Of a DNA stretch of 64,000 nucleotides, positions 38,459 through 48,931 are shown one piece after another. Source of the DNA: a virus. Under the pieces are notes generated by a model. It ran no database searches and was not told the origin of the DNA. It was given only the letters and a program-made list of their open reading frames with translations. Made by a program: the position numbers and the translations under genes. Within the stretch, counting starts at the first letter, position 1; every line of letters begins with the position of its first letter. Where the stretch lies: IMG/VR virus record IMGVR_UViG_3300005613_000025, positions 1 to 64,000 of that record; one strand, written 5' to 3'.

Positions 38459-39344
38459 AATTCTGTAAATTTTTAAGAACCTGTTCTCGGTTGTTCATTA
38501 TATATCTGATGACATCAGGTCTTATTTTATTTCCCACATATCCGAAGACTTCGGTCGAAAATTTGGTTTCCTCTGGATTCTTGGCCAATTTTCTGAGTTC
38601 TTCTGTCGAAACTTTTGGAAGTATCACTCTTGAAATATTATGAACTTGTTTATCAGTGTATGTGGAATTTATTGCAAGCTGATACTGTTTTATCCAACCA
38701 CCTTTACCAGCTACCGTATTGCCTGTAAGTACGAAATTACCCATTTGTTCTTTTGTGAAATAATGCATTATTATCTCGGTCTCGTCAGAGTTGGGATGTG
38801 CGATCAACCAACCATTAACATCTTTTGATATGATATCCCATATTTCTTTTTTCAATTGATAATCATCTGAATGAAATACCTTACCAAGCGATTCATATCC
38901 ACCTATTTCATCTTTGTAATCAGAAAGTATTGATTCATATGATCCTAATTGTACTCTTTCGTTTTCATCTCTGTAAAATTTGACTGAAATATTCTCACCA
39001 TTAACGGTGATATCGTATTTACTACCCCTTTTGGTCAATGTGCCACCATAAACACCACATAAGAACCCCTCAAAATTATGTCCTCTGATATCCTGGTGTT
39101 TTATAAGTGAGTCAAAATAATCTGCAAATCTCACCTTATCGTGTGTTTCTTGATAATCTAGATCTATATTTTCCCCAAGTTTAAAGAATTCACCCTTTGT
39201 TTTCATTATGATCCTTTTTATAACTTGTGATGATTTTTCCTTAGGTAATGGAATCGAACCATATAAGTGTAATAATTTACCCATAAGATCGTCATACTCA
39301 CTATCATGTGATTCAAACAATTGAAAACTCACTAAATTCTTCAT
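38436..39344 (-). CDS. Possible PD-(D/E)XK nuclease-like protein with capsid-targeting-like N-terminus
   Basis: RGHNFEG...KYDI...ISVK; MKNLVSFQLFES. Confidence 0.45.
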   Translation of the reverse strand: MKNLVSFQLFESHDSEYDDLMGKLLHLYGSIPLPKEKSSQVIKRIIMKTKGEFFKLGENIDLDYQETHDKVRFADYFDSLIKHQDIRGHNFEGFLCGVYGGTLTKRGSKYDITVNGENISVKFYRDENERVQLGSYESILSDYKDEIGGYESLGKVFHSDDYQLKKEIWDIISKDVNGWLIAHPNSDETEIIMHYFTKEQMGNFVLTGNTVAGKGGWIKQYQLAINSTYTDKQVHNISRVILPKVSTEELRKLAKNPEETKFSTEVFGYVGNKIRPDVIRYIMNNREQVLKNLQNYETFTRI

Positions 39345-39384
39345 ATTATCTATATATTAAATTAAATTTTCATATATTTGTATT

Positions 39385-39774
39385 ATGAAGGATTATCCTC
39401 TTTTTATTACTTTGGTCAGATATTATCGAGATAAAACAACATCTCATAATTTCAAACAAGGCAAGCTGTCGATAGCTGAACTTGTTCTCACCGAAGATGG
39501 CCAATTATATTTACATCAATCTGATAATAATGTGATAACCATGAATTCCCCAGAAAAACTTGCTGAATCAAGATGCATCATATATTACTCATGGGTAAAT
39601 TTAGATCAAATTAAATATGTTCATGATTATTGTGAAATGTTGTCAGATGAAAAAGAATGGTTGGTCGGTCACACATACACAAAGGAGTTCATGGCATCTG
39701 TGATCAAAGATTTCAGAAAATATAAATTGAAACTCATCACCGGTGATCTTGATATCGAAAAGATAAAGTTTTAA
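39385..39774 (+). CDS. Hypothetical protein with C-terminal tag
   Basis: FRKYKLKLIT near the C-terminus; TATATTTG-N4-ATG. Confidence 0.6.
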   Translation: MKDYPLFITLVRYYRDKTTSHNFKQGKLSIAELVLTEDGQLYLHQSDNNVITMNSPEKLAESRCIIYYSWVNLDQIKYVHDYCEMLSDEKEWLVGHTYTKEFMASVIKDFRKYKLKLITGDLDIEKIKF

Positions 39775-40568
39775 ACTTTGTATCTTTTCATTATATCGAT
39801 CAAAAATGGATCCCGCACAATGTCATCTTCTGTGAATTCAACTATTCCGACACCATCCATCTCTTTGAATCTTTCTATGGCATCAACGAGTCCATTTTTT
39901 TCATTTTTATTTAATTTGATATCACATTGTTCTGGATCACCACATATTACCATTTTTGAGTTTTCACCTAATCTTGAAATGAAAGTTTTCATTTCAGAAA
40001 CAGTAAGGTTCTGTGCTTCATCCAATAAACAATAAGTGCCGATAGGCTCATTGTTCTCATCGTATTTTCCAAAAGTTGTTCCTCTCATGAAATTAACAAC
40101 CTTATCATTGACAACATTACTTCCCTTTAAGAATTTTCTAACTTTGCTTCCGACCATCTTATCCAAGTTATCATAGAAATGGTCAAAATAATTGGTTATC
40201 TTATCTTGAAGGTCGCCAGGCAATGCACCCAATGATTTTGGAGAAACTTCAATTATAGGAGTGGTCAACATCATATCTCCAATTCTAAAATCATCTGACT
40301 TCAATAATTCCAATCCTGTTTTCAAGGCAATGAAAGTTTTTCCTGATCCTGGACTTCCAGTTACGAATGTTATTCTATTTTCTTTTATCGTATTGGCCAA
40401 TTGTTTTTGCTTTTGGTTCTTGAACTTACAATTGATCTTGAAATTCAGATTCATCAATTGTCTCATTTCATCAGCTCTGATATCTTCCATTTCGTTCAAA
40501 GCATCTTGTAATTCTTGTTTCTTGGTTCTTCGTCTAGCCATGTAATTGATTTTTTTAATAGTTGTCAA
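39771..40568 (-). CDS. phoH: PhoH family ATPase
   Basis: GSPGSGKT, GALPGD, FMRG, DEAQN, RLG, GDPEQCD, DIVR. Confidence 0.95.
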   Translation of the reverse strand: MTTIKKINYMARRRTKKQELQDALNEMEDIRADEMRQLMNLNFKINCKFKNQKQKQLANTIKENRITFVTGSPGSGKTFIALKTGLELLKSDDFRIGDMMLTTPIIEVSPKSLGALPGDLQDKITNYFDHFYDNLDKMVGSKVRKFLKGSNVVNDKVVNFMRGTTFGKYDENNEPIGTYCLLDEAQNLTVSEMKTFISRLGENSKMVICGDPEQCDIKLNKNEKNGLVDAIERFKEMDGVGIVEFTEDDIVRDPFLIDIMKRYKV

Positions 40569-41010
40569 ACAGAAAATCTCTCAATTTACTGCCTTTCAAT
40601 TCGATACCATAATATGATTTTCTTAATATTGTCGTTTCAATTATCTCACCATCATATGGGAAGTATATCCATGAATGCTGTCGCCATACACTATCATCAA
40701 TACCTAAGGCCCATCCTGTCATCAATGAAATTTCATCTGGTGAATTGTTCTGATCCATCCAATTCTCATAGAATGTTGCAGAATTTCTATGACATTTTGA
40801 TGGATCCATCTCATACAATATGACTGAATAATCATCTGAATCGTAAAAATCACCTGATCCGATCAATTGTTCGATGTCTTCTTCAAAAACTTGATTCACT
40901 TGATCACCATCGTGCTCCAATAATATTGATTCAAGCTCTTTGAATCTATTGAATGATTCGTATTTTTTTATTGTTTTATCATCTTTCATAGAATCCAGCA
41001 AATAATTCAT
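40555..41010 (-). CDS. Hypothetical protein (Cys...His motif)
   Basis: CHRNSA...TGWAL...QHSW. Confidence 0.55.
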   Translation of the reverse strand: MNYLLDSMKDDKTIKKYESFNRFKELESILLEHDGDQVNQVFEEDIEQLIGSGDFYDSDDYSVILYEMDPSKCHRNSATFYENWMDQNNSPDEISLMTGWALGIDDSVWRQHSWIYFPYDGEIIETTILRKSYYGIELKGSKLRDFLFDNY

Positions 41011-42034
41011 GTTGTGTCAGATAATTGTAATGATCATCTTTCATATATTTTGGATTTATCAAAAATCCTTTCAAGTATATATCAAGTGGCTCAATTGACC
41101 CTCCTGATTTTTCTCTTTCATTTAAAAATTTTCTTCCTTTCAGTGAATGTTTTATTACTTTTGTTATAAGAAATTCTTCACGCTCTCGTTTCATATTCAT
41201 TCCCTGTTCATATCCTCTACCTATTGAATATCCCCAGTTATATGGTACTATTTTATATTTCTGTTTCAATTTGTCTTGATCGAATATGAAAACAACTGAT
41301 TGCCATTTTTTTGCATATTCAACATCTCTTGTAAGTGATATTCCTCTCATCCACCAAGAATCATCATATCCTGGCATGTCATCTTTCAGTCTTTTACCAC
41401 CTGGCCAAGTTCTTTGAAATCCATAGCAGTCCAATCTGTTCAATTCAAGTGCATTGATAGCATACTTTGCTTCAAGTGCGTGATAAAGGTCAGCTCTTGA
41501 CACTTCTTCTGTGATATATTCAGAGAATCTTATCACCTTTGGATTCATTTTGAAATCAAGTAAGTAATCTTCGTTGAATTTACCACCACCACACTTTGAA
41601 CATGATAATTTGTTCTTTGGCTTTATGTTCTTATAGAACTTTTTATGACATGTTCTGCACTCAGCTATCCATTTTGCAACATTGTCCATATTCACACTTG
41701 AAAGTGGTGTGCATTCTTTTGCATTGCAACCTATTTCTTTTGCAATTCGTTGCCACTTACTATCATGGTTTGATTTCTTACCTCTATTATTGAAGTCAAT
41801 TGCGTGTGCTATCTCATGCAATATCGTGTTCTTTATTCTATCAAGTGATGTTTCATTCTTGGTCAATTTTCTTGATAGTATGATTTGTTTATATCGATAG
41901 TTACATCTTGCAAAATAAAATTTCTGATTGTCTTTCATTTCACGATCGTTACCGAATTTGAATGTCCAATCACTCAGTCCATGTTGTCTTAGCATGGAAT
42001 CTCCCATTTTTTTTATTTTGTTCAGGTCCATCAT
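40979..42034 (-). CDS. SprT-like metalloprotease fused to a possible ART-like domain
   Basis: HEIAH plus CxxC pairs; second domain LYH...ISLTRD...EREE. Confidence 0.7.
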   Translation of the reverse strand: MMDLNKIKKMGDSMLRQHGLSDWTFKFGNDREMKDNQKFYFARCNYRYKQIILSRKLTKNETSLDRIKNTILHEIAHAIDFNNRGKKSNHDSKWQRIAKEIGCNAKECTPLSSVNMDNVAKWIAECRTCHKKFYKNIKPKNKLSCSKCGGGKFNEDYLLDFKMNPKVIRFSEYITEEVSRADLYHALEAKYAINALELNRLDCYGFQRTWPGGKRLKDDMPGYDDSWWMRGISLTRDVEYAKKWQSVVFIFDQDKLKQKYKIVPYNWGYSIGRGYEQGMNMKREREEFLITKVIKHSLKGRKFLNEREKSGGSIEPLDIYLKGFLINPKYMKDDHYNYLTQHELFAGFYER

Positions 42035-42044
42035 ATTATTTCAA

Positions 42045-42770
42045 TCATATTATTTCAACATCAATTGCGCTAGTCAGTTCGATAACTATTGATGACAAGT
42101 CATTTGTTCTGAATATGCCGATGAATACCCGATTTCTGATCCTGCTAGTGAACACTGGAAAGGTTTCTCCTGGGTTTCGGACCCATGTTATATCTTTTAA
42201 TTCTTCCCATAGTTTATTCATCATACTTTTTTTGATTTTATCTGATGTTATAACTAAATGATTTCTATCCAGATTCTTAGTGTGATTGATAGACATATCC
42301 TTCAAATTGAATTCTTTTTCAAGATATTCTGTAAATAACTTTTTATTGAGTGTCAAAGTGTTGTCTTTAATAGAGAATGAATTCGATGCTTTATCCCACC
42401 ATTTTTCGAAAATGAACAGGATAGCGATCTTATTCATGTTTTCGAAATTTACCCATACCTTATCGAAATTATCTTCGATCTTGCCTATACTTTCTTTTAT
42501 GAGTTCGACTATTTTCAGGCTGTTACTCATTTGATTTATAACTCTATCAACATCACTGACAGATTTTGCGAACATGTTCGATTCACCTATCTGTTTATCA
42601 AGTGTCACTAAAATGAGATGCTCTTGATTTTCGTATTTTATCTCATAATCGGTCAATTCATCCTCGACATCCAACATAGCTTCATTTACGAGTGTACGCA
42701 ACTTTCTTTTCATTTCTACCTTATCTTTAAGGTCACTGGATTCATTGAACTGACTGAATTTGTGTATCAT
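42045..42770 (-). CDS. Hypothetical protein with capsid-targeting-like N-terminus
   Basis: MIHKFSQFNES. Confidence 0.65.
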   Translation of the reverse strand: MIHKFSQFNESSDLKDKVEMKRKLRTLVNEAMLDVEDELTDYEIKYENQEHLILVTLDKQIGESNMFAKSVSDVDRVINQMSNSLKIVELIKESIGKIEDNFDKVWVNFENMNKIAILFIFEKWWDKASNSFSIKDNTLTLNKKLFTEYLEKEFNLKDMSINHTKNLDRNHLVITSDKIKKSMMNKLWEELKDITWVRNPGETFPVFTSRIRNRVFIGIFRTNDLSSIVIELTSAIDVEII

Positions 42771-42834
42771 TTATCAATTTTATTTTGTTACTCTATATAT
42801 TAAAACCAAACTACAATAACCAACTATAATTCAC

Positions 42835-44505
42835 ATGTCAATAAGGAGAGATGTAAATAAATATAAGCCAAGAAAAGAGCAACAAGAGTGTTTGGATTTC
42901 ATTGATTCAAATTATAAGAAAAATCCACAGGATAAGATATATCTTTTGGATCTTCCAGTAGGTGTGGGAAAGTCACATCTTGCTATGATGATATCACAAT
43001 GGTATTTTGATAATGTTAACAGGATGGCAAGAGTTGATGTCATCACGAATTCAAAGATATTGCAGGATCAATATTCATCGACCTATAATTCAATTCAAGA
43101 CCTGAAAGGAAAGGATAACTATGAATGTAAAGAATATGGATGTTCCTGTGCGCAAGGTGCAGAGTTCAATAAATTGAATAAGACGAAATGTGATGATTGT
43201 CCTTATCAGTATGCAAGAGAGTCATTCATAAATGGTAAAATTTCATTGACCAACTTTTATCTTTATGTACTTTATGCACTTTACATACCAAAGGTGTTGG
43301 AAAATAGAGCAGCATCTGTTCTTATAGTCGATGAGGCTCATTCATTTGATGAGGTCATGAGTAATTTCATATCAGTAAAGATAACTGAGAAAACCATTAA
43401 AAAGATGAAACTCACCGATGAGAGGAAAATGCTAAGTGAGTTGAAGTCGGTCAAGACGATATCAGAATATATCAAATTCTTGAAGAAGCTTGAAAAAACA
43501 ATTTCAAATTCAATGAATGACATTACACGATCAATGATGGGCAGATCACGAAGCATCACAAAAGATAAAAGAAGTGTTAAATTATCAGTGATACTGGAAA
43601 AAGGTCCGAACAGTGATGTGAAAATGATGAATCTCATATCTGACCTTGATCAGTTGAGATCAAAGATCGAGATATTTTTAAAAGAGTATGAGAATGATCC
43701 TGACAATTGGATATTGGAATCAAATTGGAATGAAAAGACCAAGAAGGTTGAACTTTCACTTGAGCCGATATGGGCCTATGAATATCTTGATAAATATGTT
43801 TTCTCAAAATACGATATGGTCTTTCTCATGTCAGGAACAATATTGAACAAATCTCTTTTCTGTGAAATAAATGGCCTCGATGTTGATCGGTCAGTATATT
43901 ACTCGATCAATTCACCATTTGAAGTAAGTAAAAGACCTATATTTTATATGCCGCTTGGTAAAATGTCATATAAACAAAAAGAAACAACATTCAAGAATTA
44001 CATACCATATATACATAAGATACTGAAAAAGTACAATGATAAGAAGGGGATCATCCACACAAATTCCTTTGAATTGTCAAAATGGATCGAGGATTCAGTC
44101 AAGGATGATAGATTGATGTTCCATGATTCATCAAATAAAGATCAGGTCCTGAACGAACATTATGACTCTACTAAGCCGTCAGTGATTGTCTCACCATCAA
44201 TGGATACCGGTGTAAGCTTCGATGATGATAAGGCAAGATTTCAGATCATTGCAAAGGTTCCATATCCTACACTCGCATCTAAAAAGAACAAGATGCGTCA
44301 AAAAATGAAACCTGATTGGTACATATGGAGAACCGTGTCCGGCTTGATACAAATGACCGGAAGAGCTGTAAGATCAGTGGATGATCATGCCGATACAATT
44401 ATAATAGATGGAGGATTCGGTGATGTAATGAGATTCAGTTCACATTTTTTACCGAAATGGTTTCAAAATGCAATAAGATCGGTCAATATCAAAACAAAAG
44501 TTTGA
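42835..44505 (+). CDS. DinG/XPD-family SF2 helicase
   Basis: PVGVGKS, Cys cluster, DEAH, MSGT, KVPYP, QMTGRAVR. Confidence 0.92.
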   Translation: MSIRRDVNKYKPRKEQQECLDFIDSNYKKNPQDKIYLLDLPVGVGKSHLAMMISQWYFDNVNRMARVDVITNSKILQDQYSSTYNSIQDLKGKDNYECKEYGCSCAQGAEFNKLNKTKCDDCPYQYARESFINGKISLTNFYLYVLYALYIPKVLENRAASVLIVDEAHSFDEVMSNFISVKITEKTIKKMKLTDERKMLSELKSVKTISEYIKFLKKLEKTISNSMNDITRSMMGRSRSITKDKRSVKLSVILEKGPNSDVKMMNLISDLDQLRSKIEIFLKEYENDPDNWILESNWNEKTKKVELSLEPIWAYEYLDKYVFSKYDMVFLMSGTILNKSLFCEINGLDVDRSVYYSINSPFEVSKRPIFYMPLGKMSYKQKETTFKNYIPYIHKILKKYNDKKGIIHTNSFELSKWIEDSVKDDRLMFHDSSNKDQVLNEHYDSTKPSVIVSPSMDTGVSFDDDKARFQIIAKVPYPTLASKKNKMRQKMKPDWYIWRTVSGLIQMTGRAVRSVDDHADTIIIDGGFGDVMRFSSHFLPKWFQNAIRSVNIKTKV

Positions 44506-44910
44506 TCATTTGAAGCTATCGAATCGAACTATACTGGATTCATTCTTCTTCTTTTTCTCAATTGCCTTTCTCAATCCTTCTGGAAGCTTCTTTTGTTTTG
44601 CAGTTAATCCTTTTGATTTTCCTTCTTCTTTATCTTCCATTGAATCTTCGATCGCTTTTCCTCTTGATTTCTCATACTTAGAGATTTTCTTGTTCTTATC
44701 GAGGTCAGCTTTTTTTGGATTTTTCAATCCTGATTTTTCGTACGATACTTCGTTCTTTTTCTTTTCATCAACCTCGACAACTTCTGATGCCTCAGACTCA
44801 CAGGTATCACAACCTTCTTCTTCAAGTTCGGATATTTCATCCTCTTCTTCGTATTCGTCTTCAAATTCTGGTTCTACATAGAATTTTTCAAATTTAGTGA
44901 GGTGTTTCAT
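44506..44910 (-). CDS. Charged low-complexity protein, probably head-associated
   Basis: MKHLTKFEKF; ADLDKNKKIS. Confidence 0.55.
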   Translation of the reverse strand: MKHLTKFEKFYVEPEFEDEYEEEDEISELEEEGCDTCESEASEVVEVDEKKKNEVSYEKSGLKNPKKADLDKNKKISKYEKSRGKAIEDSMEDKEEGKSKGLTAKQKKLPEGLRKAIEKKKKNESSIVRFDSFK

Positions 44911-44979
44911 AATAAAAGATTTAATTTTAATGTATATATATTATTCTAAAAATAGAAAATGTGATTTTATATATATTTC

Positions 44980-46212
44980 ATGAAAAAAATTTTCGATTAT
45001 TACCAGTTCATAAATGAGTCGAAATATGTGAAGGTTCCATTTGTTTTCTCAATAGATTTCGGAAAAACAATAAGAAAAATAGATGAGTTGATCGGAACAG
45101 ATGTTGCCAATAAATTACTTGATAGAACAATCGATTTCAGGTCGGATATTTCTTTGATCGACCTATCAGATGATCCGAACATGGTTGAATTCACAACTGC
45201 AGATAAAATATCACAAAAGTTCAATACAACTGATTTTGTCCTATTAGGTCTTAATATATCACCTTTGGTCTATTCTGGATCTAAAATTTACAATGAACAA
45301 AGATCCAAGATGAGGATAGGAAAATTCCTTAAAAAAATATTAGGTGCTGATATCAATGACCAAGAAGTTGAAAAGTTCTCAAAGGCATATGAATCACAGA
45401 ATCGAGAAGATTCAAAATATTTCGAGATATATCGAGGAGTTGATATCAAAATAGGTTATGATACTGAAAATTTTGTTGAAGCGGGATCAAGTGAGTTGCA
45501 CAATTCATGCATGAATGATCGATTTTATGAATTGGAATTCTTTCTTGGGTGTCCTGTCATGTTACTTACTTTGAAACAGAATGAAAAGATATGTGCAAGA
45601 GCGCTTATTTGGGAAGTTGAGGTTATTGATAGGTCAGGAACTTTATCCGGCAAATCCAAAAAATACAATTTCATGGATCGTGTGTATTACATTGATACAA
45701 AAGACCTATACAGGTTTCAGAGATGGTCCAAGGAAAATAAAGTGTTGTACAAGAGCGATAATAAAACAGGCCCATTCGAAAAAATAACAATGCCTGATGG
45801 AACACAAACATTTCTGAATATGAAATGTGAGATAAAAATCGATCTTGATGAGTGGCTTGATATAGATAATCCTTATATGGTTCCTTACATTGACACTCTC
45901 TGCCATGGTCAGAAAAATCAACTTAGTAATTTCATACCATCAGATGGAAAATATTATGTGTTTCAAGAAACAGATGGTACCGTATTGGTGCAATCGAATA
46001 TGAAAGATGTAAATGGTGAAAGAATACCGGAATCAGAATCACACAATTATGTGATGTCGAATTATCAGCAAGGACTTGTTCATGTAGATGATGTCGAATA
46101 TGTTGAATATGAAGCTGATGGAAAAATTATGAAAGATCCGATTGATATAGAAGTTCTTAAACAGTCTGATGATTTTAAACAAATAGATAATAAATGGATA
46201 AAAGTCAAGTAA
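44980..46212 (+). CDS. Conserved phage protein with capsid-targeting-like N-terminus
   Basis: MKKIFDYYQFINES; NSCM...ARALIW...MDRVY...PYIDT. Confidence 0.6.
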   Translation: MKKIFDYYQFINESKYVKVPFVFSIDFGKTIRKIDELIGTDVANKLLDRTIDFRSDISLIDLSDDPNMVEFTTADKISQKFNTTDFVLLGLNISPLVYSGSKIYNEQRSKMRIGKFLKKILGADINDQEVEKFSKAYESQNREDSKYFEIYRGVDIKIGYDTENFVEAGSSELHNSCMNDRFYELEFFLGCPVMLLTLKQNEKICARALIWEVEVIDRSGTLSGKSKKYNFMDRVYYIDTKDLYRFQRWSKENKVLYKSDNKTGPFEKITMPDGTQTFLNMKCEIKIDLDEWLDIDNPYMVPYIDTLCHGQKNQLSNFIPSDGKYYVFQETDGTVLVQSNMKDVNGERIPESESHNYVMSNYQQGLVHVDDVEYVEYEADGKIMKDPIDIEVLKQSDDFKQIDNKWIKVK

Positions 46213-46221
46213 AATGTTAGA

Positions 46222-46854
46222 ATGATGCTTGATAAAATAAAAGAAAATTTCAAATACAGTGAATCAATTCACGGATCATTTTATTATTTGAATGAATCAA
46301 AAATCAATAAACACATTTTTGATGTAAATGTTCTGAGCTTTAAAAACTTCTACGCCAACCTCATACTTTATGTGAATGATAACATATTCGAACTGGGCGA
46401 CGAATCTATTGAAGAATTGAGAAGCTTAATGGATCAAAATGACATAGACAGTAAGTATTACAGGAACTCTTTTTTTGGAAAAAAACTGATGAACAAATAT
46501 CACAGTATCAATAGAGAGGATCAAAGAGGAATGAAAATGGGAAACATGGTCATACAGATCGGACGGGAGATAATGGAATCAGTGAGACATAACTATCATG
46601 ATGTTACATGTATTGATACAGACATGATAATCTCTGAGTCAACAATAGAAATTGACATAGAATTACCAATTGAGAAGGAAAAATACGAATGTATCAGGTT
46701 TATAAATGCAAAAAGGTATGTCTTTAAGGAGTATGGAGAATCAGAGATCAAAGTAAGAGGGTACACCAGAAGAGACCTTCAGAAAACCTTGGGTTACCAA
46801 CAAGAAATGATGAAATTATTAAGAAAGCAAAAGCTTAAAAAAATCTTAGAATGA
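46222..46854 (+). CDS. Degenerate family B polymerase-like fragment with C-terminal tag
   Basis: SFKNFYANL, CIDTD, AKRYV, KVRG; ends LRKQKLKKILE. Confidence 0.5.
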   Translation: MMLDKIKENFKYSESIHGSFYYLNESKINKHIFDVNVLSFKNFYANLILYVNDNIFELGDESIEELRSLMDQNDIDSKYYRNSFFGKKLMNKYHSINREDQRGMKMGNMVIQIGREIMESVRHNYHDVTCIDTDMIISESTIEIDIELPIEKEKYECIRFINAKRYVFKEYGESEIKVRGYTRRDLQKTLGYQQEMMKLLRKQKLKKILE

Positions 46855-47045
46855 AAAAAAGATGTGAAACATGTGCTCATTTTAGAGAATACTTCCATAT
46901 GGATACAATATATTCGGACGAGTATATATGTAAATTACATGGGGACTCTGCACTCATAACACATCCTGATACACAATGTTGTGAGAAGCATATAAGTGAT
47001 TTAGGTCACAAACGAAAAGAAAAATTAAAAAAACTTCTTGATTGA
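46851..47045 (+). CDS. Small Cys-rich protein with C-terminal tag
   Basis: CETC...C...CC; ends KRKEKLKKLLD. Confidence 0.6.
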   Translation: MKKRCETCAHFREYFHMDTIYSDEYICKLHGDSALITHPDTQCCEKHISDLGHKRKEKLKKLLD

Positions 47046-47076
47046 TTTCTATTATAATAGAAAAATATAAATTAAA

Positions 47077-47397
47077 ATGGCAGAATCAGTAACAGATAAT
47101 AACTTCTCAGAATTCATCCAGAATAAAGTAGTTCTGGTGGATGTATTCACAACTTGGTGTGGACCATGTAAGATGCTAGGACCTATCATAGAAGATGTTT
47201 CAAATCACTACGAGAATGATGAAAAAGTGAGTATAGGAAAGATGAATGGTGAGGAAAACAGAGAAACTATCACACAACTACAAGTGAGAAATGTTCCTAC
47301 GATCATATTTTATAAGGATGGTCAAGAAGTTGAGAGAAAAGTGGGTGTTGTTCAAAAAAGTGAATTGATCAATATCATTGATAATCTTAAAGATTAG
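47077..47397 (+). CDS. trxA: Thioredoxin
   Basis: WCGPC. Confidence 0.95.
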   Translation: MAESVTDNNFSEFIQNKVVLVDVFTTWCGPCKMLGPIIEDVSNHYENDEKVSIGKMNGEENRETITQLQVRNVPTIIFYKDGQEVERKVGVVQKSELINIIDNLKD

Positions 47398-47402
47398 TCT
47401 AA

Positions 47403-47957
47403 ATGGATGAGTTCTTAGAGATATTGAACGACCATTCGATAATAACGATGAGTTATAATTCATCATATGAAATAAAGGTCAACAGCTTTATCAAGTATTT
47501 TTACAATGATCCTACATTTTTCTCGGATATGGATATCGATGAGATATTTGAGAAACTGAATGAAAAAAAGTTCAATCGATCTATTGTGATATCATCGATA
47601 GTTGGTAATGAGAAAACAATAGTCATAGATCTACCATCATTGCATCTACCAGATGGTTTGCCTCTTAATTCGAGAAATCAACATAAAACTCTGATGCACC
47701 GATTATCTGAACTTATTTTCATTAATGATGAAATAAAATGGAGGTTCATAATTCTCTCACATAAATATACATCTTTTGGCAAGCATAATATTTTAGGTGG
47801 TGAGCAGCTTTTATATCACTCACATCATGTGCTCGATATTGATGAAGATATCAACATAATCAAATCCAGAAATTTCTCACCGAAATATCTTGAAAAATCA
47901 GATAAATTACTTAGAAAGATCAAATTGAATGACATACTCAATGAAACTGAAAAATAA
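47403..47957 (+). CDS. Degenerate RecA/DnaB-fold-like protein with C-terminal tag
   Basis: TIVID, GGEQLLYHS, IIKSR; no P-loop; ends LRKIKLNDILNE. Confidence 0.4.
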   Translation: MDEFLEILNDHSIITMSYNSSYEIKVNSFIKYFYNDPTFFSDMDIDEIFEKLNEKKFNRSIVISSIVGNEKTIVIDLPSLHLPDGLPLNSRNQHKTLMHRLSELIFINDEIKWRFIILSHKYTSFGKHNILGGEQLLYHSHHVLDIDEDINIIKSRNFSPKYLEKSDKLLRKIKLNDILNETEK

Positions 47958-48378
47958 AAAAGCATATTTTGACTTTGATATAGAACAAGAATATGTTTGT
48001 GGTATCAAACTTGTTGGATCCGAGGTCAAATCCGTTAGAATGAAGATGATATCATTCTCAGACTCATATGTTCTGATAGATAATGAGAATCAGGTGATCC
48101 TTAGAAATCTCAGTATTGCAAAATATGAGAATGCATCATTTGACAATCACGATGAGAAGCGGGATAGGATACTTCTTTTGAATAAAAAGGAGATTGAAAA
48201 GATATCTCACTCACAGATGGCAAAGAACCTTTCTATCATTCCTCTTGAAATATTCACAAAAGGAACACTTATAAAAGTGAAGATAGGTCTTGGCCGTGGT
48301 AAAAAGAAGTATGATAAGAGGAATTCAATTAAGGAAAAGGACATAGAAAGAGAAGTAAAAAGAAATGAGAAAAATTGA
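47941..48378 (+). CDS. smpB: SsrA-binding protein
   Basis: NKKAYFDF, GIKLVGSEVKS, RDRILLL, GRGKKKYDKR. Confidence 0.95.
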   Translation: MKLKNKKAYFDFDIEQEYVCGIKLVGSEVKSVRMKMISFSDSYVLIDNENQVILRNLSIAKYENASFDNHDEKRDRILLLNKKEIEKISHSQMAKNLSIIPLEIFTKGTLIKVKIGLGRGKKKYDKRNSIKEKDIEREVKRNEKN

Positions 48379-48739
48379 TATTGAATTTGGTGATGTAACA
48401 TCTGAGTTCTTGGACAGAAGTAGTATAATGGCTCGAAGTCTTATAAAACAACTTATACGAGAAGGTATAAACAAAGATTTCTCATCAGTTCTACTATCAC
48501 CTGGTGTCATATTAGAGGTCGATTTTCCAAGATACAGTTTGATACCATCCGAAAATCAATCAACCGGTCAAATAATGATGATAGGTATGTGTGATGGTTT
48601 TTTCATATTCAAGGATATGGTTGGATTTTTAGACCATTCACATCAAGCATGTTTATTTGACACATATGATATTCAAGTAGTATCAAGTATGATATTGAAA
48701 GATATCAGAATGAAAAAAATGAAAGATATACTTAATTAA
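48365..48739 (+). CDS. Possible capsid-protein fragment with C-terminal tag
   Basis: TGQIMMIGMCDGFFIFKD vs MCP QGQLYPVGQIGDIQIYVD (weak); ends IRMKKMKDILN. Confidence 0.45.
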   Translation: MRKIDIEFGDVTSEFLDRSSIMARSLIKQLIREGINKDFSSVLLSPGVILEVDFPRYSLIPSENQSTGQIMMIGMCDGFFIFKDMVGFLDHSHQACLFDTYDIQVVSSMILKDIRMKKMKDILN

Positions 48740-48931
48740 GATTCCTCGGATTGTTCATTTTTACCTTCTTCCTTTGTCTTATCAAAGTTTTCAGAGCTTA
48801 TCACAACCAATTTATTTATTTCAACATCTGAACCGTTCTCGGTTTTCACTTATATATAAAAAAATAAAAATAAAATTTTGGTGGTAAACTTTTAATATAT
48901 ATATTTGTATAACAATTGAGAGTCAATTAAT

